From NCBI GenBank assembly GCA_035628995.1, contig DASPIR010000017.1, positions 4,651-68,650 of the forward strand: DNA of 64,000 nt, read 5' to 3'. The position numbers and the translations under genes were made by a program. The notes below the pieces were generated by a model. The model was given only the letters and a program-made list of their open reading frames with translations, made no database searches and had not been told where the DNA came from. This document shows positions 44,675 to 54,159 of the stretch, piece by piece. Numbering within the stretch: position 1 is the stretch's first letter; every line of letters starts with the position of its first letter. This DNA comes from Clostridia bacterium. GTDB taxonomy: Bacteria; Bacillota; Clostridia; Lutisporales; Lutisporaceae.

Positions 44675-46098
44675 TATTCAATTTCTTTAACAAGCCTTAT
44701 ATTATGCTTTTTAATTTTGTTGTGCATCGTTTGCTTTGGCAGTCCGAGAGTTCTGGCGGCCATGGATATGTTGCCCTTGGAAGCCTTGAGTGCTTTGACC
44801 AGCAGGCTTTTCTCATATTTATCAACAGAAGCATTCAAATCTCCCATGGGAGTGTCCAAGGGGAGTGCCTCTGTATCCATGGCTGCAAGCTTCAGCCTTT
44901 TATCGAAGTAATACTGAATATCATCAAGGACAATGGTTTCGGTGTCAATTAGGTTCATGGTGCTTTCCACAAGGTGTTCCAGTTCCCTTACGTTTCCCGG
45001 CCAGGGGTATTCTTCGAAGACCCTCATAGCCTCCTTGTCAACACCTGCAACCTTTTTTCCCAGCTGTTCATTATTCCGTTCAATGAAATAGCGTACCAGT
45101 ACGCTTATATCCTCACGCCTTTCCCTTAAAGGCGGCAGCTCCAAATAGATTACATTGAGCCTGTAATAAAGGTCTTCCCGCAGAAGCTTCTTTTCCACCA
45201 GCTCAGAGGGAGGCTCATTTGTAGACGCTATTATCCGCACATCCACGTCCTTGGTCTTGGCGGCACCTACTCTTCTTACGACTCCATCCTGGATAACCCT
45301 GAGAAGCTTAGCCTGAAGCTCTATGTTAAGAGAATTCACTTCATCCAGGTAAAGGGTGCCCCCATGAGCAAGCTCAAAAAGTCCGGGATTGTCCTTCGCC
45401 CCTGTGAAGCTGCCCGCTGCTGTGCCGAAAAGGATTGATTCAAGAAGGCTGAAGGGGAGGGCTGCACAGTTCTGGGCTATAAAGGGTTTGTTTCTTCGCT
45501 TGTGGTCTGCATTGTGGATTGCCTGGACTAATAGCTCCTTGCCTGTGCCTGTCTCACCGTACACCAATACCGGGGAATTGCTTTTGGCTATACGCCTTGC
45601 CTTTTCCTTAAGCCCCACTATGGGCTCGCTGTTCCCTATTATGTTGTCAAAGGTGTATTTTGCGCCGCTTTCATTGTATTCCTTTTTACCTGTACTGCTT
45701 TTATACAGCTGCTCCTGAAGGTGCATAATCTTTTCAGATAAATCTACCACCTGGGTAAGATCCTTGAAGACTTCAAAGCAGCCCACCATTTCTCCATTTT
45801 CAAATATGGGGATGGTGGAGGTCACAGTAGAAACCTTTTTGCCCTGATAATTTGTATAATGCTGTATATGTTCAATTATAGGCTTCTTATTATTTATGAC
45901 ACTGTAGAAGGTGCTTGTTTCTTTTGTAAGGTCAGGGAAAACATCAAGTATGTTTTTGCCTATAGCTGTATGGGAGTCGATACCTCCAATATTGGTGGCA
46001 GGCTCTTTGTAGAAGGTTATATCAGCTTTTGCATCTGTGACTATGATTCCTTCGTCAAGGTTTAGAAGTATAAGCTCCAGCAGTCTTTTATAGTTCAT
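44674..46098 (-). CDS. sigma-54-dependent transcriptional activator (PAS sensor + AAA+ + Fis-type HTH)
   Basis: ..VLVYGETGTGKELLVQAIH..GAFTGA-type ..GSFTGAK..ELFELAHGGTLYLDEV.. and C-terminal ..GNISMAARTLGLPKQTMHNKIKK... Confidence 0.9.
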   Translation of the reverse strand: MNYKRLLELILLNLDEGIIVTDAKADITFYKEPATNIGGIDSHTAIGKNILDVFPDLTKETSTFYSVINNKKPIIEHIQHYTNYQGKKVSTVTSTIPIFENGEMVGCFEVFKDLTQVVDLSEKIMHLQEQLYKSSTGKKEYNESGAKYTFDNIIGNSEPIVGLKEKARRIAKSNSPVLVYGETGTGKELLVQAIHNADHKRRNKPFIAQNCAALPFSLLESILFGTAAGSFTGAKDNPGLFELAHGGTLYLDEVNSLNIELQAKLLRVIQDGVVRRVGAAKTKDVDVRIIASTNEPPSELVEKKLLREDLYYRLNVIYLELPPLRERREDISVLVRYFIERNNEQLGKKVAGVDKEAMRVFEEYPWPGNVRELEHLVESTMNLIDTETIVLDDIQYYFDKRLKLAAMDTEALPLDTPMGDLNASVDKYEKSLLVKALKASKGNISMAARTLGLPKQTMHNKIKKHNIRLVKEIE

Positions 46099-46247
46099 AA
46101 TAATGCCCCCATACAAAATAATTCTTATTTATAATGATAAAGAACTCTTGACGGTTAATCAAGGGGGAGTTAAAAGCCTTTAAGGCACTAAATGAAATAT
46201 GCCTTATAAAAATTAACAAAAGATATATACTAAGGTGAGGTGTTTTT

Positions 46248-47327
46248 ATGCAAGTCGCAATAATTGGAGCGGGATTAGCCGGGCTTTCCTGTGCAATAGT
46301 ATTAGAAAAGAACGGAATAATCCCCGTAGTTTATGAAAAAACAAATTTCATAGGTGACCGGGAAGCGCATGTAGGAGCTAGCTTAAAGATAGTGGACAGA
46401 CCTGTTAAGGATATTACCAAATATCTGAAAAAGAGCTTTGATATAGACGTAAAACCTTTGAATACAATAACCAAGCTCACTCACTATGCACCCGCAGCTA
46501 CTACATCTATCAGTGGAAGCTTCGGCTTGTTTTTCAGGAGAGATAAAGAGGAAACTTCATTAAAAGGTCAGCTTTTTTCCCAGCTCCAGAAAACCGAAAT
46601 ACAGTTCAATATGGATGTTGATTATAAGGTCATATCCAAGGAATTTGATTATGTTGTATTAGCCGATGGTAAGCCGGACATGTCAGAAAAATTAGGATGC
46701 TGGACTGACTGGGTAAGGGGGATAATTAAAGGAGCTGTTTTAGAAGGTAACTTTGACCCGCAGGAACTAATTATGTGGCTAAATAAAACATACTGTAAGG
46801 CTGGTTACGCCTATCTTACTCCATTTAGTGACAGGAGGGCTTCAATTAGTCTTTATGTTCCTGATATCAGTATTGATGAAATAGATTACTATTGGGACTT
46901 ATTCTTAAAAGATCTGCATTTTAAGTATGAAATTGTAGAAACCTTCAAGGTAAGACATGGCAGCGGGCATGTGTATCCTCATAAGGTTGATAATATTCTT
47001 CTTGCCGGCAGCGTCGGGGGAGCTATTGATCCGTTCCTTGGTTTTGGTATAGTTAAATCTATTACGATGGGCGGCTTAGCTGCAAAATCTATAATAGAAG
47101 GCTCTGATTATGAGAAATTGGTAAAGAATATATATAAGCAAAGTCTAAGGCTTTACGAAATAAGAGAGTCTTTTAATATGGCTTCTAATGAAAACTATGA
47201 TACTATGGTAAAGCTTATAGGAATTCCTGGTGTAAAGCCTATGCTTTATGACGTGCCTATAAATGTATTAAAGCTTGGAAATGTGGGATTGAAATTGAAA
47301 AGAAAGATAAAAGGTGAGCGTTTATAG
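46248..47327 (+). CDS. FAD/NAD(P)-dependent oxidoreductase
   Basis: MQVAIIGAGLAGLSCA.. Rossmann motif. Geranylgeranyl-reductase-like length. Confidence 0.7.
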   Translation: MQVAIIGAGLAGLSCAIVLEKNGIIPVVYEKTNFIGDREAHVGASLKIVDRPVKDITKYLKKSFDIDVKPLNTITKLTHYAPAATTSISGSFGLFFRRDKEETSLKGQLFSQLQKTEIQFNMDVDYKVISKEFDYVVLADGKPDMSEKLGCWTDWVRGIIKGAVLEGNFDPQELIMWLNKTYCKAGYAYLTPFSDRRASISLYVPDISIDEIDYYWDLFLKDLHFKYEIVETFKVRHGSGHVYPHKVDNILLAGSVGGAIDPFLGFGIVKSITMGGLAAKSIIEGSDYEKLVKNIYKQSLRLYEIRESFNMASNENYDTMVKLIGIPGVKPMLYDVPINVLKLGNVGLKLKRKIKGERL

Positions 47328-47353
47328 CCCACCTTTTATCTATTAATCAAAAG

Positions 47354-48718
47354 CTACATATATTTTTCTGCAATCTGGGCCAGAGGACTTCGCTCAACCT
47401 TGTTCAAGGTCACATGACCGGTGATAGGGAAGGGCTTCATTTTTTCAATGGTATAAACCAGACCGTTCGATCGGGCATCAACCAGTACATTGTCTATCTG
47501 ACTGTCTGTTGGGTCGCCCAGAAATACGAACTTGGCTCCGAAGCCTGCACGGGTCAGCATCATCTTGGCAAGATGAGGAGTGATCTCTTGTGCCTCATCT
47601 ACTATAACAAGGGCATCTGACAATGTCCTTCCTCTCATATACGTAAAGGTCTTGGTTTCGATAATTCCGTGCTGCCGATAGTCGTCTATAAAGGAATCTA
47701 CTGTAAAGGAAGGTTTGGCAGAGCTGTCTGTCTTGCCTCCCTTTTCCTTACGCCTGTATTTGTTGCCGAATAGATTGTCTACAGCATCGTAGAAGGAGCC
47801 CATCCAAGGCTTAAGCTTTTCTTCCTCTGTACCGGGAAGGAAGCCAATATCGTTGCCAGCCGGCACAACCGGTTTTACAAGGACGATCTTTCTGAAAACC
47901 TCTTCTTCGATGACCTTCTGGAGAGCAACTGCTGTAGAAAGAATAGTTTTGCCCGAGCCGGCGCCCCCTGCAAGAGTAACAAAATGTATATTGTTATCCA
48001 TCAGGAGCTCAAAGGCCATTTTCTGCTCCCTGTTTATCGGAACCAGGCCCCAGGCTGAACTATTTGCATATTTTAACGGTACTATCCTTTCACCATTGAA
48101 AATGGTGAGAACTTCATGACTTGATGAATCGTTGCTTCTTATATGAATAAACTCATTGGGATATATAGTCTGATCAAGCTGTTTTGGCAGCTTCAGACCG
48201 TCCTTGAAAATCTTCTCGATATCTTTGGAGGAGAGCATCAGCTCTGTATAACCGTTGTAAATCGATTCAACAGTAACTTTATCATTTTCATAATCTTGAA
48301 CTGTTATGCCCAAGCTGTCACCTTTGATAGCCATGTAGACATCTTTAGTGACAAGTATGGTCGGCTGTTCAGTATTCTCCTTCTGGAGATTTTTCGTAAG
48401 AGCAAGTATTTTGTTGTCAACCTTGGAAATATCCAAACCATCTGGCAGATCCACGGTATCCAGATGATCCAGTTCAATCTTGAGCATGCCTCCGCCGGGT
48501 AAGTTAACTCCTTCACTTAGACTGCCGTATTCACGAAGTTTATTTATTTCTTTTGCAGCACTTCTTGCGTGAAAACCTATCATACCCTCCCTCTTTTTCA
48601 GACTATCCAGCTCTTCAACTACCATGATCGGGATTATCACATTGTTATCCTGGAAATTGGAGATACAGTAAGGGTCGTGTACCAGCACATTTGTATCAAG
48701 TATAAAGTTTTTTATCAT
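47354..48718 (-). CDS. PhoH-family ATPase with N-terminal PIN domain (YlaK-like)
   Basis: ..FILDTNVLVHDP.. PIN, and ..LAGGAGSGKT..VIVDEAQ.. PhoH P-loop. Confidence 0.85.
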   Translation of the reverse strand: MIKNFILDTNVLVHDPYCISNFQDNNVIIPIMVVEELDSLKKREGMIGFHARSAAKEINKLREYGSLSEGVNLPGGGMLKIELDHLDTVDLPDGLDISKVDNKILALTKNLQKENTEQPTILVTKDVYMAIKGDSLGITVQDYENDKVTVESIYNGYTELMLSSKDIEKIFKDGLKLPKQLDQTIYPNEFIHIRSNDSSSHEVLTIFNGERIVPLKYANSSAWGLVPINREQKMAFELLMDNNIHFVTLAGGAGSGKTILSTAVALQKVIEEEVFRKIVLVKPVVPAGNDIGFLPGTEEEKLKPWMGSFYDAVDNLFGNKYRRKEKGGKTDSSAKPSFTVDSFIDDYRQHGIIETKTFTYMRGRTLSDALVIVDEAQEITPHLAKMMLTRAGFGAKFVFLGDPTDSQIDNVLVDARSNGLVYTIEKMKPFPITGHVTLNKVERSPLAQIAEKYM

Positions 48719-49133
48719 GCATTTACCTCCATATTATACATAGATGCTTCGTGGTATACGGCTCTAATGCTGGGAGTATAAATACCTTGGCGGTTCTCAA
48801 GAATGTTATATAATAAATTCTGCCAAAAAGTCTCAAATTCCTGCATGAATCGTACAGAATTTACATAAACATTACATTGGAATGTAAGCTTACATAATAT
48901 CTTTTTTGCTTCTTATAGATTATAATAGTTTTTTAGGCAGAATTACTAAATTTAGGAACTCAAATAGAACATCTGCGTATATTGAACTAGACATATGTAC
49001 AAGGGGTGAAAGGTTAAAGAAGGCACATATAAAAATATTGGGTTAATACTTTATATGCATGGGAATTGTTTTTGAGCATAGTTCTTTGGAAAAACACCAG
49101 ATTCTACAGCAAATATAAGAGGAGGTTATAGCT

Positions 49134-49952
49134 ATGGATATGCATTCGGTTTTTATTGCTTTTGGGATGACACTTATTGCGGGCATTTCCACGGGTTTAG
49201 GAAGTCTTATTGCTCTTCTTACAAAAAAGACAAATACAAAACTCATATCTGCGGTCTTGGGTTTCTCCGCAGGAGTAATGATATATGTATCACTGGTAGA
49301 TTTGTTTCCTCAGGCCAATAAGATGCTGACAGCATCAATGGGGAAGGTCACAGGCAGTTGGATAACGGTAGCATCCTTTTTCGGAGGTATATTATTAATT
49401 GCATTAATAGATAAGCTTATACCATCTTTTGAAAACCCTCATGAGACGAGAAGGGTGGAAGAAATGAGCGAATATAGCGATATGAAGCCGAACAGTATGA
49501 AGAGCCTAATGAAAATGGGTGTCTTTACAGCTGTAGCAATTGCAGTCCACAACTTCCCTGAAGGGATAGCCACCTTTATTGCGGCACTAAAGGATCCCCA
49601 GCTTGGCATAGCAATAACAATAGCAATAGCAATACACAATATACCTGAGGGTATTGCCGTATCTGTGCCGATTTACTGCGCTACAGGAAGCAGGCGCAAA
49701 GCATTTGTTTACTCCCTGCTGTCAGGTTTTTCTGAGCCTCTTGGTGCTCTTCTGGCTTATTTATTCCTGATGCCAATATTGAACGATCAGGTATTTGGAA
49801 GTATGTTTGCTGTTGTAGCAGGCATTATGGTATTCATATCCCTGGATGAACTGCTGCCTACTGCAAGAGAATATGGCGAGCCCCATTTGGCCACATATGG
49901 TCTTGTGGCAGGTATGGCGGTAATGGCAGTAAGCTTACTGCTGTTTATTTAG
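49134..49952 (+). CDS. zupT: ZIP-family zinc transporter ZupT
   Basis: ..HNFPEGIATF.. and ..HNIPEGIAVS.. motifs. 272 aa, 8 TM. Confidence 0.85.
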   Translation: MDMHSVFIAFGMTLIAGISTGLGSLIALLTKKTNTKLISAVLGFSAGVMIYVSLVDLFPQANKMLTASMGKVTGSWITVASFFGGILLIALIDKLIPSFENPHETRRVEEMSEYSDMKPNSMKSLMKMGVFTAVAIAVHNFPEGIATFIAALKDPQLGIAITIAIAIHNIPEGIAVSVPIYCATGSRRKAFVYSLLSGFSEPLGALLAYLFLMPILNDQVFGSMFAVVAGIMVFISLDELLPTAREYGEPHLATYGLVAGMAVMAVSLLLFI

Positions 49953-50010
49953 CATGAAGAATTGATGGAGCGGGGGTGCAAGGCTCTCGTTATTTTTTTC
50001 AATCTGTATT

Positions 50011-50025
50011 GACTGACAGTCAGTC
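50011..50025. promoter_or_regulatory. candidate TetR operator overlapping the promoter
   Basis: GACTGAC-a-GTCAGTC (7-1-7 palindrome) overlaps TTGACT, with a -10-like TAATAT downstream. Confidence 0.45.
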
Positions 50026-50050
50026 GGTATGGTAATATGAGATTATACAA

Positions 50051-50686
50051 ATGGAGGTGATTGTTTTGGCGAGAATAACAAAGAATCCTGAAGAACGTAA
50101 GGCGGAGATTATGAATACTGCTGAAGTTCTGTTTTCTGAAAAGGGCTTCCGAAATGTAGCTGTCAGCGATATCGTTAAAAAAGTTGGGGTGGCACAAGGA
50201 ACCTTTTATTATTACTTCAAATCCAAAGAAGATCTGTTGAATCAAACTCTGGAGAGGCAGCTTGACGGCATAATGCAAACCGTGAGCTCAATAGCTGAAG
50301 GATCCGAGCTGGATGCACTGCAAAAGCTTCAAAGCATGCTGAAGATAGTCTTGCTTTCAGGCCTTGGGAGACAAAATATGACGGAACACATGGATAACAA
50401 TCAGGATAATGAGATGCACAGCAGACTTGAAGAAAAGTTTCACGGTAAGTTTTATCCTGTACTGCTTTATGTAATTGAACAGGGCATAAAAGAAGGATAT
50501 TTTGAATTGAATTCATATAAAGAGGTGACTCAGATACTTCTCTTGGGAATACAAGGCTACATGCATGCGATTTACCCATTATTAAAGGATAGGGAGACTG
50601 TAAACGAGAAGATGAAGGCCATAGAAGAGGTAATCGTGAATGTGTTGGGTTTGAAAAAAGGGAGTATACATATAACATTGGAATAG
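50051..50686 (+). CDS. TetR/AcrR-family transcriptional regulator
   Basis: ..RKAEIMNTAEVLFSEKGFRNVAVSDIVKKVGVAQGTFYYYFKSKEDL... The true start may be the in-frame TTG at 50066 behind GGAGGTG. Confidence 0.85.
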   Translation: MEVIVLARITKNPEERKAEIMNTAEVLFSEKGFRNVAVSDIVKKVGVAQGTFYYYFKSKEDLLNQTLERQLDGIMQTVSSIAEGSELDALQKLQSMLKIVLLSGLGRQNMTEHMDNNQDNEMHSRLEEKFHGKFYPVLLYVIEQGIKEGYFELNSYKEVTQILLLGIQGYMHAIYPLLKDRETVNEKMKAIEEVIVNVLGLKKGSIHITLE

Positions 50687-50696
50687 GGGAGATATT

Positions 50697-51473
50697 ATGA
50701 AAAATCAAAAAATTAGAAGGTTCATACTGCTATTATCATTTATTTTACTGCCTGCAACCTTGAATTATTTCTCGCCATACTTAATAATAGAGGGGCTGTT
50801 CGAAAAGGTGATAGGCGGCGCCTTTGTCATATGGCTGTTGTTCTTATTGAGCTCATTGGTGTTTGGGAGAGCAGCATGTTCGTATGTATGCCCATATGGA
50901 GGGCTGCAAATGCTAATTGATAAGTTTCACGGCAAGAGTCTGAAGCAAATAGCATGGCTCAGGTGGTTCAAATATGGATTGGGAGTTATCTGGATATCAG
51001 CGATTATCGTACCTTTAGTATTGGTAGGAGGGCAGAAGCAGTTCAATATGCTTTATATGACTGAGAATTTTGTCTCGGTGGATCATTGGGGCAAGCTGAT
51101 ATTTTACTATATGCTTATAACAATTCTTGCAATTATGCCTTTTATTTTAGGTAAAAGGGCAGTCTGCCACTATTTATGCCCAATGTCAATTTTAACTATC
51201 ACCGGCAGCAAGCTCTCTAACTGTTTGAACACACCCTCTCTTCACCTGACAGTAAGGAAGGATAAGTGCATCAAGTGCGGAAAGTGCAACAAAGCTTGTC
51301 CAATGAGTCTGGATGTAATGGGAATGGTTCAAAAAGGCAACATGAGAAACACCGAGTGTATATTATGCGGAGAGTGCTGCAGTGCTTGTGGCTGTGGTGT
51401 TCTTAGAAGAGAATTCGGCAGCAGAACAACAGTAAAAATTGGAGAAAACGAGAAGCTCGGCGCAGAGGTATAA
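50697..51473 (+). CDS. membrane-bound 4Fe-4S binding protein (NapH/MauN-like)
   Basis: Several TM segments with CxxxCP motifs (..ACSYVCPYG.., ..CHYLCPM..) and C-terminal CIKCGKCNKACP / CILCGECCSAC. Confidence 0.7.
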   Translation: MKNQKIRRFILLLSFILLPATLNYFSPYLIIEGLFEKVIGGAFVIWLLFLLSSLVFGRAACSYVCPYGGLQMLIDKFHGKSLKQIAWLRWFKYGLGVIWISAIIVPLVLVGGQKQFNMLYMTENFVSVDHWGKLIFYYMLITILAIMPFILGKRAVCHYLCPMSILTITGSKLSNCLNTPSLHLTVRKDKCIKCGKCNKACPMSLDVMGMVQKGNMRNTECILCGECCSACGCGVLRREFGSRTTVKIGENEKLGAEV

Positions 51474-51541
51474 AAGTCCCTGATTAATGGTATTATATTG
51501 CTGTAAAAGGCTTAAAAATAAAGAAGTTCCAAAATTTACGA

Positions 51542-51570
51542 TTGACAAAAAGTTCATTTCGATATAATAT
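51542..51570 (+). promoter_or_regulatory. sigma-A-type promoter for the tRNA
   Basis: TTGACA, 17 nt, TAATAT (with TATAAT two nt earlier), about 15 nt upstream of the tRNA 5' end. Confidence 0.6.
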
Positions 51571-51585
51571 TTTAATGTGACAAAT

Positions 51586-51662
51586 GCACCTATAGCTCAG
51601 CAGGATAGAGCGACGGTTTCCTAAACCGCAGGTCGTGGGTTCGACTCCCTCTAGGTGCACCA
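51586..51662 (+). tRNA. tRNA-Arg (anticodon CCU), CCA-encoded
   Basis: Manual cloverleaf: 7-bp acceptor GCACCTA/TAGGTGC, D arm GCTC/GAGC, anticodon loop TTCCTAA, 5-nt variable loop, T loop TTCGACT, 3' ACCA. There is one A.C mismatch in the anticodon stem and one U.U in the T stem. Confidence 0.8.
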
Positions 51663-51674
51663 TATTGAAAGTTT

Positions 51675-51706
51675 AACACCATATCAGCTATGGTGTTTTT
51701 TATTTT
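51675..51706 (+). terminator. rho-independent terminator after the tRNA
   Basis: AACACCATA-tcagc-TATGGTGTT followed by ttttatttt. Confidence 0.8.
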
Positions 51707-51713
51707 AGAGACC

Positions 51714-53216
51714 GTAAATAATTTTGTGGGTAGGAAAGGACAGCGTCCTTTCTAGACAAGATTCGCCCGTATTTAGTTAGTTCTATTTTGTCAGAATCGC
51801 TCAATTTTATGTATGAAATTGGACGGTTCTGGCAATAATTTTATTAGACAAGATTATAAAAAAGACTCCGATAGAAGGCATGGGCGTCTGGCTGCTCGGC
51901 CTTTTATCATTTATGGCTATCTAAATATACTGAGTTACCTGATCTTCGAACATAATCATCAGATGATTCAAAACCTGGTCCCAGTCCCGGTATCTTTGGG
52001 TCCATTTTTTGAGGACGTTCCTGCTTGATAAATAAAGCATTTTTTCTAAGGCTGAGTCTGATGGAAAGACAGTCTTTGTCTTCGTTACCTTCCTGAATTG
52101 CCTATGTAAGCTTTCAATTATGCTGGTTGTGTAAATCATTTTACTGATACCCTCAGGGTACTTGAAGAATGGACTTAGAACATCCCAATTAGCCTCCCAG
52201 TTCCTTGTAGCATAAGGATATTGCTTGCCCCATTTACTGTTTACTTCACTCAGCTTCATTAAAGCAACCTCCTCATTTACAGCGGTATATACTGCTTTAA
52301 AATCCCTGGCAATTCTTTAAGATGTTTGTAGGATACATACTTGAAAGAGTTTCTAAGCTGGTGAATAATGCACCTTTGTATCTCGGCTTTTGGATATGCT
52401 GCCTGTATAGCTTCCTTAAGGCCACTCAGTCCATCAACGCTGAATATCAGTACATCTTGTACGCCTCTGTTCTTAAGCTCTGTCAAAACTCCAAGCCAAA
52501 ACTTTGAGGATTCATTTTCTCCTATCCATACGCCCAATATGTCTTTATTCCCTTCCAGGTCGATGCCTAATACCACATATGCAGCTCTGTTTAGAATATG
52601 TCCGTCCTCTCTAACCTTGTAATGTATGGCATCCATGAATATGAATGGGTACATGGGTTCAAGAGCTCTATTCTGCCATTCTTTTATTTCAGGGACAAGC
52701 CTTTCTGTGATTTTGCTGACCATTTCGGCAGATACTTCAATGCCCTATAGATCTTTGATTTGATCATGAATATCTCTTGTAGACATTCCGCGGGAGTAGA
52801 GGGAAATTATCTTTTCCTCCAAGCAGGATATATCCCTTTTGTATTTAGGAACTATTTTGGGCTCAAAATCGCCTTTTCGATCTCTGGGAATATTCAGTTC
52901 AAACTCTCCAAATTGGCTTTTTACAGTCTTTTGAGAGTGCCCATTACGCTCATTATCATCTCAATCAACTTCTCGTTCTTAGGATACCCAATCGATACAT
53001 CAAGCTCAGCTTCCAGCATTTCCTGGATAGTGTCTTTAAACAAATCTTTTAGATAGCCATAGATGTCACCTACGTTTTGAAATTGGTTCTCCTTAATCAT
53101 TTCCTTGGTAAAATTCTTTTGTATTGCGGTGCTCATAAAAAAGACTCCTTTCTGGCTTATATTTGATTCTTGCCAGAAAGGAGTTAACTTTTTCATTCAC
53201 CCACAGAATTATTTAC
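51714..53216 (-). mobile_element. IS256-family insertion sequence, decayed
   Basis: Terminal inverted repeats GTAAATAATTTTGTGGGT (51714-51731) and ACCCACAGAATTATTTAC (53199-53216) match 17/18. The interior encodes a broken IS256-type transposase. Confidence 0.8.
51921..53196 (-). pseudogene. IS256-family transposase, split by at least 2 frameshifts and 1 in-frame stop
   Basis: Three ORF pieces (52921-53196, 52277-52723, 51921-52259) carry N-terminal, DDE-core (..FMDAIHYKVRED..VDGLSGL..QRCIIHQLRN..) and C-terminal (..KWGKQYPYATRNW..) segments. There is an in-frame TAG at 52745-52747 (..IKDL*GIEVS..), and frameshifts near 52920 (A-run) and near 52300. Confidence 0.85.
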
Positions 53217-53373
53217 ATTACCGTGAAAATTACTTTTTTACCATTTATATACATAAAACAACACTTTATATACTAAAAATTGACAATTAAATACCCTAAA
53301 CATATTATTATCTACAGGGATGTAAAAAATGTTATTTAGTTATATTCAAATTTATATTTGTTGTTTATATAAC

Positions 53374-53763
53374 TTATTTTATTTTACCTCTAATAAAATT
53401 ATCTATCATTTTGATATCCGCTAAATCTTTTTCGCGCCCTAATTCAATTTTTTGTTTTTTTATACTCTCTAAGCTACCGACTGGGAAGCAATTAATATAT
53501 TCAATATGATCAACATTCCAATTTTCAAATACTTCTATAATATTATTAATTTTAAGGCTTCTTGAGTTATTACTAGATATTTTAACTTTGTGCCTCTGTA
53601 ATATAAGTTGCTCGAATAACTCATTGGTACAGCCTATATCAATGTCCCTGGTTTCATCTTTTACACCATGTATTACTAATCCAGCACCCGCTGTTATCCA
53701 ATATTCATCTATTGGTAAATTTAATTTATCCATAATATCAAATATTGACTCTCTATTAAGCAT
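53374..53763 (-). CDS. small nucleotidyltransferase-fold protein (Pol-beta superfamily)
   Basis: ..WITAGAGLVIHGVKDETRDIDIG.. (G-x-G..D-x-D type). ATG at 53763 follows GGAGGGG. 129 aa. Confidence 0.55.
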   Translation of the reverse strand: MLNRESIFDIMDKLNLPIDEYWITAGAGLVIHGVKDETRDIDIGCTNELFEQLILQRHKVKISSNNSRSLKINNIIEVFENWNVDHIEYINCFPVGSLESIKKQKIELGREKDLADIKMIDNFIRGKIK

Positions 53764-54159
53764 GAAAGACCCCTCCAAAATATTAAATAAAGGAATGCTA
53801 AAGTTCCAAATACTTAGACTGTTTTTATAATTATGCCTATCCAATATTGAATACATAACTAAACAATTGAATAAATAGGTAAACTACCATCATAATAACA
53901 AATTATAGTTTGTATTTCCACTTATGTTTATCAAAACATTATTGTAATTAATGAATGTATAGAAAATGAATACCGGAGAAATAGTTGTGATTCTAAATAA
54001 CTTTCAAGATTATAAAAAAAGCTGAGAATATCCTTTAATAAGTATATTCATTATAAAGATTAATACTCAATATATTTTTCAATTTATTAATATTGAAAGT
54101 TATTAAATAAGAAAACAAAAATGTAATAAACAAAACGACTTAAATGAAGGGAGAAAAGA

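Noticed and set aside
48872-48887. TTACATTGGAATGTAA palindrome upstream of zupT as a possible Zur box
   Set aside because: It does not resemble the Firmicute Zur consensus (TCGTAAT-N-ATTACGA type) as I recall it, and it lies ~250 nt from the zupT start. There is no supporting evidence.
54077-54098. TTTCAAT-N8-ATTGAAA inverted repeat upstream of the viperin gene as an operator
   Set aside because: In a region this AT-rich, 7-bp A/T inverted repeats are expected by chance, and no cognate regulator gene is visible in the window.
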